NCBI RefSeq assembly: GCF_006345805.1 | Contig: NW_021831732.1 | Coordinates: 1 to 34,242, forward strand | Reading direction: 5' to 3' | DNA length: 34,242 nt | Origin: Octopus sinensis | Lineage: Eukaryota | Shown here: positions 1-10,078 of the stretch, one piece after another | How the letters are laid out: each line of letters opens with the position of its first letter | Position numbering within the stretch: the stretch's first letter is position 1 | The notes under the pieces: model-generated | Seen by the model: the letters and a program-made list of their open reading frames with translations, nothing else | Databases searched by the model: none | Told to the model about the DNA's origin: nothing | Program-made: the position numbers and the translations under genes

Positions 1-4
1 ATAT
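1..4 (-). other. Possible start of a further phase-1 exon running off the window edge
   Basis: Minus strand reads TATTTATTTTACAG|ATAT, the same acceptor style (YYTTYACAG|AT) as the two micro-exons. Only 4 nt are visible. Confidence 0.25.
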
Positions 5-122
5 CTGTAAAATAAATATAACCATTATCCTATAAGCTTTCATTAAGCAAAACGTAAATCTGATGCTAAAATAGATAATTAGTAAATATATATCCTGCAA
101 CTGATAGAAGGATTATACAGAA

Positions 123-509
123 CTAGCATTATCGCCTGGCGTTGCTCGGGTTTGTAAGGGAAATAACTATAAAGCATTTTTAGAGAGTTATAGCCAAAAA
201 ATAGCAAAAAAATGGAAAAAAAATTATGGTAAATTTTTTTTTTTGAGAGTTAAAACGGTCGAGTTGCGTCCCCTAGACAGTCTGTGGTTTGTGTTTCTGA
301 TTCTCGACCCCATGTCGAATTTATCGATTTTTTTCAGAACTGGGGGAACTTTTCAAAATTTTCTCTGCGTTAGTTTTGAATTATGACATTGGGCTATGTG
401 TGTGTCAAGTTTCATCAGAATCAGTTGAAAGCCGTGGTCAGGGTGAGGGTACAACCTGACAGACACACAGAAACACACACAGACAAACTGCCGTTTATAT
501 AGAGAGAGA
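123..509 (-). mobile_element. Non-autonomous Helitron-type element
   Basis: Minus strand A|TC...CCCGAGCAACGCCAGG subterminal hairpin...CTAG|T, with a (CA/CAGA) microsatellite near the 5' end. These are the canonical Helitron termini and AT target. Confidence 0.75.
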
Positions 510-752
510 TTGGTAAAGACATTGGTTTATGTCAATTTTTGCTCTTAATAATATTTTTCTCTTTGAATTCTTCTTTCACAAACTAGAAAATGCCAAATCC
601 TTTCTATAACAATTAAATAGTACAACAGACAGACGATCCTCAAGAACGAAGCTAATTAATCCATTCAGTCAACTACAAATATATCCCACCAAGGGTCATA
701 ATGAAAACTTCTTAACAGGAAAACAAAAAAAAACTAATTCAGAAGAAACTTT

Positions 753-1710
753 GGATCTTTTCGGTTTGAACGGCAGTTTTTTCGAGCGGTGTCATATGAA
801 ATTGTCACCCATAATTATGACCCTAGTATCGATCCATTGCATTTCAATCTGTTTTAGGGTTAGGGGTGGGGGGAAGGGTATCTTTTTTTCTACAGAAATG
901 TAAATAAACCCAATCTGTTTCTTAAACGAGGGACATATTCATACGGCACAGAATGTTTTTTTTACCTCAATAGACGTGATTGATTGGTTGAAATTGCAGA
1001 AATTGAAGAAAAAAAACAACAAATATCTTACAAACTATAGAATTTTCTCAATAAAGCCAAGAGAAAAAGATGTTTTATAAACACATTCTACCAGTATACG
1101 AAGTTTAAAAGTGTTTAGTTACGTGGAAATTATTTTTAAAAAACTGCCGGTCAAACCGCAAAGATCCTATTTCTTAAATGAGGGACATATTCATACGGTG
1201 CAGAATGATTTTTTACGTCAATAGATGTGATTGATTGGTTGAAATTGCAGAAATTGAAGAAAAAAAACAACAAATATCTTACAAACTAGAGAATTTTCTC
1301 AATAAAGCCAAGAGAAAAAGATGTTTTATAAACACATTCTACCAGTATACGAAGTTTAAAAGTGTTTAGTTACCTGGAAATTATGTTAAAAAAACTGCCG
1401 GTCAAACCGAAAAGACCCAAATATCTTACAAACTATAGAATTTTCTCAATAAAGCCAAGAGAAAAAGATGTTTTATAAACACATTCTACCAGTATACGAA
1501 GTTTAAAAGTGTTTAGTTACCTGGAAATTATTTTTAAAAACTACTGTTCAAACCGAAAAGACCCAAATATCTTACAAACTATAGAATTTTCTCAATAAAG
1601 CCAAGAGAAAAAGATGTTTTATAAACACATTCTACCAGTATACGAAGTTTAAAAGTGTTTAGTTACGTGGAAATTATTTTAAAAAACTGCCGGTCAAACA
1701 GAAAAGATCC
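753..1710. mobile_element. Non-autonomous TIR element (GGATC termini, Merlin-like) with tandemly reiterated right end
   Basis: Left TIR GGATCTTTTCGGTTTGAACGGCAGTTTTT. Right-TIR copies end at 1167, 1418, 1564 and 1710. Flanks GAAACTTT/AAAATTTT match 6/8. A single-copy relative lies at 8028-8438. Confidence 0.75.
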
Positions 1711-1811
1711 AAAATTTTTGTAATTGTTCAGTTACAAACTGTGATTTTGATTAAGTATTAGAAAAATATTTGCATGATGATGATGACAACGGGGGGGGGG
1801 GGGCAACGGCA

Positions 1812-2870
1812 GCGCGTGAGCTGCCAGAATCCTTTTTATGCTGGATGAAATGCTTAGCAGTTTTTCAGCTGTTGTCACATTCTGAGTTCAAACTCCACCA
1901 AGGTCTTTCGTCCTTTCAGGGTCGATAAATTAAGTACCCATTAAACACTGAGGACAACGTAATTGTCCCCGCTCCGCAAAATTCAGGCCTTGTACCTATG
2001 GCAAGGGTCTTACTATCATCATCATCATCATCGAAGGTGTGAGCTGACAGAACTATTACTGCACCAGAAAAAAGGTCCTGTGGCGAGCTGGCAGAAACAT
2101 TAGCACGCCGGGCAAAATGCATAGCCGTGTTTTGTCTGCCGTTATGTTCTGAGTTCAAATTCCGCCAAGGTGGACTTTGCCTTTCATGCTTTCGGGGTCG
2201 ATAAATTAAGTACCAGTTACACACTGGGGTTGATGTAATCAGCTTAATACCTATGTCTGTCCTTGTTTGTCCCCTCTGTCTTTTAGGCCCTTGTGGGTAG
2301 TAAAGAAATAGGTATTTCGTCTGCCGCTACATTCATCATCATCATCATCGTTTAACGTCCGTTTTCTGCGCTAGCACAGGTTGGATGGTTCGACCAGGAC
2401 CTGGGAAGCCAGGGGCTGCACCAGGCTCCAGTCTGATCTGGCAGTGTTTCTACAGCTGGATGCCCTTCCTAACGCCAACCACTCTGCGAGTGTAGTGGGT
2501 GCTTTTTACGTGCCACCAGCACAGGTGCCAGGGGAGTCTGGCATCGGCCACGATCGGTTGGTGCTTTTAACGTGCCAAGGCGGCGCTGGCATCGGCCAAT
2601 TCTGAGTTCAAATTCCGCCAAGGTGGACTTTGCCTTTCATCCTTTCGGGGTCGATAAATTAAGTGCCAGTTACGCATTGGAGTTGATGTAATCAGCTTAA
2701 TACCTATGTCTGTCCTTGTTTGTCCCCTCTGTCTTTTAAGCCCTTGTGGGTAGTAAAGAAATAGGTATTTTTTTTTTACCCATTAACCCCTGAGTTCAAA
2801 TACTGCTAAGGTCAGCTTTGCCTTTCATTCCTTTGGGGTTGATGAAATAAAGGACCGACTAAATATACTC
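1812..2870 (+). mobile_element. Cluster of SINE family B copies (Nin/Deu-domain-like core), one split by an RTE tail
   Basis: Repeated GAGTTCAAATTCCGCC...GCCTTTCATCCTTTCGGGGTCGATAAATTAAGTACCAG core with a tRNA-like head GGCGAGCTGGCAGAAAC. Confidence 0.75.
2334..2598 (-). mobile_element. 5'-truncated RTE LINE 3' end
   Basis: Matches the 3' UTR and (GAT)n tail of the LINE at 16451-19828. Inserted inside a SINE unit. Confidence 0.85.
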
Positions 2871-2969
2871 AAATTAATGGAATTGAGGAACCTCTTCCAC
2901 ATGAAATTCCTGACCTTGCACCAAAATTAGAATTATTATTGTTATTATTAGCAAAAGCGATTTCCTTAC

Positions 2970-3218
2970 CTTTCATCACCAAAGTATAACTTTCTGAGCA
3001 GAAATAGTAGTCACAAAAACTCCAAGTCAAATCTTGTTCAGTGACATTATGGATCAAAAGAGTTGAGCTGTTACCCTTGTAATGAACTTCATAATTTCCT
3101 TTATTCTCACAAGTATCTACACATTGAAGATAATTAAACTCGTTAACCCACAAAACTGGTGTTCCAATCAAGCTTGATTCGATATGAATAGTAGCATTTT
3201 TTCCTAATACAACTGGTG
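2970..3218 (-). CDS. Exon, Ig-like domain 2 body (phase 1-1, 249 nt): PVVLGKNATIHIESSLIGTPVLWVNEFNYLQCVDTCENKGNYEVHYKGNSSTLLIHNVTEQDLTWSFCDYYFCSESYTLVMK
   Basis: Acceptor TTTTTATTTCAG, donor G|GTAAGG, open frame. Aligns without gaps to exon 6471-6226 (22/81 aa identical). N-glycosylation sequons NAT, NSS, NVT. Confidence 0.85.
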
Positions 3219-3384
3219 CTGAAATAAAAAGGTAAAAGTCAATATTATTGATTTGTTTCCCATATGAAAGATTTCTGTTTTTTTTTGTTTTTTTTCATCA
3301 TCATCGCCAATTTAACATTTATTTTTCCCTACTTGGGATCAGAGTTTTCTTTGTGCACAATTGGATGCACTTCCTGTCCTAATA

Positions 3385-3923
3385 GGTACTCGGACTGCAT
3401 AGGCAGTCCAATATCGCCTCCGCAGGTGGCTGCGGAGGTAATCTTTATATATAAAACTAAAGTTGTGTGTGTGTCTGTCTACTCCGATTTAGATTCCTAA
3501 CTACTCCCACATTTTGCGGTGCAGTTTAACCAAAAGCGGGTATCTTATAGTCATGATTCATATCGAGCCCTTCTGGGTTTTAGCGCGTGTCTACGATGAG
3601 TCTACGATTTAAAAAAAAATTTACGTTCATTTTTCCGCATTATTAACGCATTGTTGCTCAGTTTATGTAAGGGAAGTAACTCTCTAAAAATGCTTATATA
3701 GTTATTTCCCTTACAATGCCGAGCGATACTATTAGTAGAACATAAAATTCTATCAAGGGTCATAGCGACCTTTGACAAGAAAGAGTTTGCTTTCCTCTTC
3801 ACGGGCCCCAACTTGTCGGTGCAGAGTTGTCTGCAGGTGGCAAGGCAACTTGCTTGGGGGCTCCGATGAGGAGGATTCACCTTATTTCTATTGATATTTT
3901 TGTATTCGAGGGCTTGTTGTGTT
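3385..3923. mobile_element. Insertion flanked by a 27-bp direct repeat, hairpin-rich, interrupted by a Helitron
   Basis: CAATTGGATG(CA/TT)CTTCCTGTCCTAATA at 3358-3384 and 3924-3950. The paralogous intron near 6830 has one copy. Confidence 0.55.
3442..3735 (+). mobile_element. Non-autonomous Helitron-type element
   Basis: A|TCTTTATATATAAAA...GTGTGTCTGTCT 5' end and ...GCCGAGCGATACTATTAG|T 3' end (degenerate CTAG). Confidence 0.6.
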
Positions 3924-4189
3924 CAATTGGATGTTCTTCCTGTCCTAATATCCCAGTTTGTTGAATAACAAAGAGCCTGGACATGCTTTACCTAGTAAAC
4001 TGGAAACAAACGACCCCATATAAACGAGCCTTTTGTTTACTAAGATTGTGCAGAGTAAGATACACCCTTGTCACCCATAAAGTTAATCAAGTTGTACAGA
4101 AATTTCTATGCCACTGAAACCAGGAAACTGGCCCTTATGAGCCTGGCATCGCTTGAGAAGGAAATCAAGTTGTAGTCAGATGTTACAAG

Positions 4190-5165
4190 CATAAAGGAGA
4201 GGCCTTAAATGTGATTGACCAGGTCAAGAAAGTTATAATTAATTAGAAACAGAATTAGACTTGATGAGATGCAGTTTGATTTTCTGCCAGGAAGAAGGAC
4301 TACTGCTGCCATCTACTGAGTAAAACAACTTCAGATGTATTTAGCTAAAAAATAAATCATTTCACTTGGCATTTGTTGACTTGGAGACAGCTTTTGACAG
4401 GATATGGAGATCTCTGAGGAAGCTAGGAGTTGACAAATGGCTTGTGAGGGCTGGATACGCCATGTATAGGGGTGCTGTAAGAGTTAATACAGCAGACGAA
4501 GGTGACGAGCTGGCAGAACCGTTAGCATGCCGGGCGAAATACGTAGCTGTATTTCGTTTGCCGTTACGTTGTGAGTTCAAATTCCGCCGAGGTCGACTTT
4601 GCCTTTCATCATTTCGGGGTCAATAAATTCAGTACCAGTTACGCACTGGGGTCAATATAATCGACTTAATACCTTTCTCTGTCCTTGTTTGTCCCCACTG
4701 TGTTCAGCCCCTTTTGGATAGTGAAGAAATAGGTATTTCGTCTGCCGTTATGTTCTGAGTTCAAATTCCGCCAAGGTCAACTTTGCCTTTAATCCTTTCG
4801 GGGTCGATAAATTAAGTACCAGTTACGCACTGGGGTCAATATAATCGACTTAATACCTTTCTCTGTCCTTGTTTGTCCCCTCTGTGTTTAGCCTCTTGTG
4901 GGCAGTAAAGAAATAAGTATTTCGTCTGCCGTTATGTTCTGAGTTCAAATTCCGCCAAGGTCAACTTTGCCTTTAATCCTTTTGGGGTCGATAAATTAAG
5001 TACCAATTATGCACTGGGGTCGATGAAATCGACTTAATTTGTTTGTTTGTCCCCCCTGTGTTTAGCCCCTTGTGGGTAACAAAAAGAAATAAATACAGCA
5101 GTGAATTTAAGTTCCGGTAAGATTTCACCAAGGTTCCGTTCTCAGTACCTTCCTATTCATCAGTG
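4190..5165 (+). pseudogene. Degenerate RTE reverse-transcriptase fragment split by a SINE
   Basis: Remnant frames LDEMQF..PG..TT.AI, LAFVDLETAFDR, LRKLGVDKWLVRA and Y.SEFK..HQGSVLS, with stops and frameshifts. Confidence 0.8.
4496..5091 (+). mobile_element. SINE family B with three tandem 3' units
   Basis: 10-bp TSD AATACAGCAG at 4486-4495 and 5092-5101. Confidence 0.85.
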
Positions 5166-5167
5166 TG

Positions 5168-5305
5168 CAGGCACATGGCCTAGTGGCTAGAGTTGCGGAC
5201 ACACAGTCGAGGGATCACGGGTTCGAATCTCAGACTGGGCGATGTATGTGCTTATGAGCAAAACACCTAAGCTCCACGTTGCTCTGGCAGAAGGTAATGG
5301 CAAAC
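5168..5305 (+). mobile_element. SINE family C, partial (tRNA-like head)
   Basis: GGCACATGGCCTAGTGG...GGTTCGAATCTC with A/B boxes. Same family as 7369 and 14800. Confidence 0.7.
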
Positions 5306-5417
5306 TGATCAGAAAAGGAAATAAAAAAGTAACCAAAAACTCTGAGTTAAGGGAAAGAAACAGAAGACAGAATTGGAAAGAGTGTCTAGCGTAAAAGGAG
5401 TTTGTAAATCCATTTAC

Positions 5418-5456
5418 CGTTTTGGGTCATCTTATAAATTTCTATTCTTGTCGAAT
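5418..5456 (-). CDS. 39-nt micro-exon (phase 1-1): (N/D)STRIEIYKMTQN(A), A strand of Ig-like domain 2
   Basis: Acceptor TCATCTTTTACAG, donor G|GTAAAT. In frame between the two Ig exons and homologous to micro-exon 8932-8876. Confidence 0.72.
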
Positions 5457-5567
5457 CTGTAAAAGATGAAAACAAAAAAAGATGACAACAAAGAAAAAAG
5501 ATGAAAACAAAAAACGATGTAAACAAAAATTTTTGAGTTTCAGATTTTACATTCAATCAACAGGATT

Positions 5568-6199
5568 CATCATCATCATCATCATCGTTTAACGTCCGTT
5601 TTCCATGCTAGCATGGGTTGGACGGTTCAACTGGGGTCTGGGAAGCCAGGAGACTGCACCAGGCTCTAATCTGATCTGGCAGTGTTTCTACAGCTGGATG
5701 CCCTTCCTAATGCCAACCACTCCATGAGTGTAGTGGGTGCTTTTTACGTGCCACCGGCAAGGCTAGCAATGGCCATGATCGGATTGGTGCTTTTTACGTG
5801 CCACCGGCACAGGTGCCAGGCGAGGCTAGCAATGGCCATGATCGGATTGGTGCTTTTTACGTGCCATGGCACAGGTGCCAGGCGAGGCTAGCAATGGCCA
5901 TGATCAGATGGTGCTTTTTAGGTGCCACCAGCACAGGTGCCAGGCGAGGCTGGCAATGGCCACGATCGGATTGGTGCTTTTTACGTGCCATGGCACAGGT
6001 GCCAGGCGAGGCTGGCAATGGCCATGATTGGATTGGTGCTTTTTACGTGTCACCGGCACAGGTGCCAGGCGATGCTGGCAACAGCAACGATCAGATTGGT
6101 GCTTTTTACGTGCTACCGGCACAGAGGCCAGCTGACCCGGTTCTGATGGTTCTCTTACATGCCACCGGCGGCACTGGTATCACAACTACAATTTCCAAA
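5568..6199 (-). mobile_element. RTE LINE 3' end with an internal ~62-bp VNTR (7 unit starts)
   Basis: (GAT)n tail. GGTGCTTTTTA(C/G)G recurs near 5736, 5786, 5849, 5910, 5973, 6035 and 6098. Confidence 0.85.
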
Positions 6200-6225
6200 A
6201 GTATCATTATAATTCATTTCCTTAC

Positions 6226-6471
6226 TGTTTATTTTCAGATGAAATATCCCTCCTTCGACGTTGTCGTCTAGAAATTTCCAAGTCAAACATTTGTTAGTTA
6301 TTCTCCTCATCCAAAGAGAAGACTTGTTGCCACTCTGACTCACTTGAAATTCAGTACCTTTGGCACATGATCTATCGCACTCGTACTTCTTATTGCCACA
6401 AGACCACACAGCCGGTCTCTTCATGTTTTCAATTTCAATAGAGAGGGTGGCACTTCCTCCGAGTATTTCCC
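6226..6471 (-). CDS. Exon, Ig-like domain 1 body (phase 1-1, 246 nt): GEILGGSATLSIEIENMKRPAVWSCGNKKYECDRSCAKGTEFQVSQSGNKSSLWMRRITNKCLTWKFLDDNVEGGIFHLKIN
   Basis: Acceptor TTTCTTTATTTCAG, donor A|GTAAGG, open frame, ungapped homology to exon 3218-2970. Confidence 0.85.
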
Positions 6472-6499
6472 CTGAAATAAAGAAATCAAGATGTTTACT

Positions 6500-6787
6500 T
6501 CCTAGTTACATGGGTCCAGGTTCAGTCTCACTTAGTGGCACCTTGGGCAAGGGCGTGCCACTATAGTCTTAGGACAACCAAAGCCTTGTGAGCAGATTTG
6601 GTAGGTGGAAACTGAAAGAAGACTGTCGTGTGTCTGCATGTGTGTGAGTGTGTCTGTGTACGTGTGTGGTTGTGTGTGTTTCAGCAAAGCAGTTCAGCAA
6701 AGGAGACCAACAAAATAAGTACCAGACTAAAAATTTCTTCAAGGTAGTGCCCCAGCATGGCCATAGTCTAATGACTGAAACGAGCAA
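6500..6787 (+). mobile_element. Old SINE family A copy just upstream of the Ig1 acceptor
   Basis: Diverged GGTTCAGTC...GGCACCTTGGGCAAG...GGAAACTGAAAGAAG...CCAGCATGGCC. Confidence 0.7.
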
Positions 6788-6881
6788 GTGACCATCATGC
6801 TTGAATGGATCAGAGTTTTCATTTCTAACAGTAGGATGCTCTTCCTGCCACTAACCTCCATCTGTTTCCCAGTCTATAGAT

Positions 6882-7100
6882 CAGTGGTTTTCAACCAGGG
6901 TTCCACGGAACCTTAGGGTTCCGCCAGTACAGTCCAGGGGTTCCGCAAGAAGTTACAAAACTGCTGAAATCGGCAGTAATTTTGAATTCTCCTGTGCAGA
7001 TATGTGTGCATAAGACTATTAAATTATTGCACAGGGGTTCCTCGAACCAGTGGAATGTTTCCTTGGGGTTCCGCTCCAGCAAAAAGGTTGAAAAGCCCTG
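6882..7100. mobile_element. hAT-type MITE
   Basis: TIRs CAGTGGTTTTCAACC / GGTTGAAAAGCCCTG. 8-bp TSD CTATAGAT/CTATAGAA. Confidence 0.85.
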
Positions 7101-7368
7101 CTATAGAATAACAAACAGCCTGGATATGTTTTATGCAGGGAACTGGGAATAAACGACACCGTATAAATGGGCCTTTTGTTTACTAAGATTGTGCAACACA
7201 ACAAGATTTTGTGGTGAACTTCAAGCAAATGACATCGCTGGGAAAACCATATTGTTGCAAGTAGCCATCTTTAAATAAGGGGCCAATTTGACGTAACGTC
7301 GTATTGCCGAAGAAATATCATTGTCGTTTTTCCATTGGTTAATATAACTGCTCATATAAGGATTCTGT

Positions 7369-7663
7369 GGAGGCGCAATGGCCTAGTGGTTAGGGCAGCG
7401 GACTCGCGGTCGCAGGATTGCGGTTTCGATTCCCAGACCGGGCGTTGTGTGTGTTTATTGAGCGAAAACACCCAAAAAGCTCCACGAGGCTCCGGCAAGG
7501 GGTGGTGATCCCTGCTGTACTCTTTCACCACTCTTTCTCCCACTCTTTCTTCTGTCGGCCTGCTCGCTTAGCCAGCGGGGTGGCATCATTCGAAGGCTAA
7601 AACAATGTGAACGCATTGTGACCAGCGATGTGTAACAACATCTGATGGTCTGGTCGGTCACGT
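7369..7663 (+). mobile_element. SINE family C, full length
   Basis: tRNA-like head GGAGGCGCAATGGCCTAGTGG...GGTTTCGATTCCC. TSD ATATAAGGAT. Confidence 0.85.
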
Positions 7664-7908
7664 GATATAAGGATACTAAAAGTTACTTAAAGAATATTGG
7701 TATGTAATTTCGATTCTTTAAAGTCAAGTTGAGCAGTTATAAAAACCCGGGATTTTGGGATGTAATTAAACCCCACGACACTCACTCCTTTGAGACATTG
7801 GGGATTTTTCATGCCATGTCCAAGGAAAATCCAACAATATAGTAAAATAAGTTTGTGGCATATTTTAACTTCTAAAACACCATATCTACCCAGTGCTGCC
7901 CTCTAGTG

Positions 7909-8581
7909 CAATGGTTCTCAACCATTCTTCACCTATGGACCCCTTTGTTTCCTATTATACTCAGGTGAACCCTTATAACCATTTCAGGTTTAAAACATCC
8001 TAGTATATTCTTATAATCAAATATTTTGGATCTTTTTAGTTTGAACGGCAGTTTTTTCTAGCGGTGTCATATGAAATTGTCACCCATAATTATGACCCTA
8101 GTATCGATCTATTGCATTTCAATCTGTTTTAGGGTTAGGGGTGGGGGGAAGGGTATCTTTTTTTCTTCACAAATGTAAATAAACCCAATCTGTTTCTTAA
8201 ACGAGGGACATATTCATACGGCACAGAATGTTTTTTTTACCTCAATGGACGTCATTGATTGGTTGAAATTGAAGAAATTGAAGAAAAACAACAAATATCT
8301 TACAAACTATAGAATTTTCTCAATAAAGCCAAGAGAAGAAGATGTTTTATAAACACATTCTTCCAGTATACGGAGTTTAAAAGTGTTTAGCTACCTAGAA
8401 ATTATTTTTAAAAACTGCCGGTCAAACCAAAAAGATCCAATATTTTTAGGAATTATATAACAAAATTGTTAAAATATTTTGTGTACTGTAAAAATATAAC
8501 CCATTAATTGTACATAAATTTTAACAACAAAATCCTATATGGACCCCCAACAGCCATATTGACCCCGGTTAAAAACCACTA
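7909..8581. mobile_element. hAT-type MITE hosting a nested element
   Basis: CAATGGTTCTCAACC / GGTTAAAAACCACTA ends. TSD CTCTAGTG/TTCTAGTA (6/8). Confidence 0.7.
8028..8438. mobile_element. Non-autonomous TIR element with GGATC termini (Merlin-like), 411 bp
   Basis: TIRs GGATCTTTTTAGTTTGAACGGCAGTTTT / AAAACTGCCGGTCAAACCAAAAAGATCC. Perfect 8-bp TSD AATATTTT (8020-8027, 8439-8446). Superfamily assignment is inference. Confidence 0.8.
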
Positions 8582-8875
8582 TTCTAGTAGATTCCTCAAT
8601 GAGTGATTCTGGCTCATTGGCCTTTATCAATGGGAAACTCCAGAGAAAGATAAACCTGAGCAGATTCAAAGCTGTTGTTTTATCTAAAGAGCAGTCACTA
8701 TCAGTGACTGAGTTGTGCTAGTGAACTGCCTGGTTGGAATAAATGTTTTAAGAAATCAAAAAACACAAATGAAACAGTGAATAAAATTTATGAGTTGAGT
8801 TAAAGAAATAGAAGAGAGAATTGAAAAAGTTGTGTCTAGTTTAGAAGGCGAAAGGGGATAAGGCAATCCACTTAC

Positions 8876-8932
8876 CACTTTGGGTGAAATTTTTAACTCC
8901 TTCTGATCTCAAATCATTTGGACTTGCCAAAT
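8876..8932 (-). CDS. 57-nt micro-exon (phase 1-1): (D)LASPNDLRSEGVKNFTQS(G), linker plus A strand of Ig-like domain 1
   Basis: Acceptor TCATCTTCCACAG, consensus donor G|GTAAGT. In frame with exon 6471. Paralogous to 5456-5418. Confidence 0.75.
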
Positions 8933-9325
8933 CTGTGGAAGATGAATACAAGGACTTTTGAATTTCAGATTTTACATTCGATCAACAAGATTGTTTCCTA
9001 TTTCTGTTACGATAATTAAATAGTAATTAACACGAGTAGATCTAATTACACATTATATACTGTACCACTGGTATGTTACTCCATACTCCTATTAGCAATA
9101 ATCTACATAAACCTAACTTATACACTTAATCTAAGAAGCTCACACTTACGAACCTTTCAGAAAATATACGCGTGATGAGTTTTTCGTACTTACCAGCACT
9201 AAGTTATTTAAATGCACCCGAGCACTAAACATACTAGTCTGGCACACTACCCCCACCATAGCTCTATGTCACGCTGGTGAGACCCATATATTTCATAATT
9301 ATTGGTGCTACCTTGTTCATGGCTA

Positions 9326-9384
<59 letters not shown>

Positions 9385-9619
9385 CTTATATACAATTAGA
9401 TATATATTATAGCTAAACTACCCATAGTTGATACATTTACCTAAACACAAACACCCCCAACTGCATCTAGAACTGATATAGTTTCTTCCCTAAGACCAAA
9501 ATAGAGCACCCCTTTTAACTACACCCAAACAACACCATTTTAGATGAAAATAATGGTAATATGAATGAGATTAAAGAAATGAGTAATTATCTTAACGAAA
9601 TTACATGAATTAAATTATA

Positions 9620-10002
9620 GGCGCAGGAGTGGCTGTGTGGTAAGTAGCTTGTTTACCAACCACATGGTTCCAGGTTCAGTCCCACTGCGTGGCACCTTGG
9701 GCAAGTGTTTTCTACTACAGCCTAGAGCCGACCAATGCCCTGTGAGTGGATTTGGTAGACGGAAACTGAAAGAAGCCTGTCGTATACATGTATATATGTT
9801 TGTGGGTCTGTCCCCCTAGCATTGCTTGACAACCGATGCTGGTGTGTTTACGTCCCCGTCACTTAGCGGTTCAGCAAAAGAGACCGATAGAATAAGTACT
9901 GGGCTTACAAAGAATAAGTCCCGGGGTCGATTTGCTTGACTAAAGGCGGTGCTCCAGCATGGCCGCAGTCAAATGACTGAAACAAGTAAAAGAGTAAAGA
10001 GT
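9620..10002 (+). mobile_element. SINE family A
   Basis: Head GGCGCAGGAGTGGCTGTGTGG...GGTTCAGTCCCAC, (AAGAGT)n tail, approximate TSD ATGAA(A)TTAAA(A)TTATA. Confidence 0.9.
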
Positions 10003-10078
10003 ATGAGAGATGAAATTAAAATTATATTTTGGAAGGGACATTTTCAGTGGTTAGTTAATGAAATCAAGCTGTTAGTAA

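Noticed and set aside
7369-7445. tRNA-like sequences (also 5168, 10340-10414, 14800, 26123)
   Set aside because: They continue directly into SINE bodies with TSDs and have imperfect acceptor stems, so they are SINE heads and not tRNA genes.
9187-9260. Minus-strand ATG ORF ending at a strong donor CTG|GTAAGT as candidate leader exon for the Ig exons
   Set aside because: It is phase 0 (incompatible with the phase-1 acceptor at 8932) and the peptide is not signal-like.
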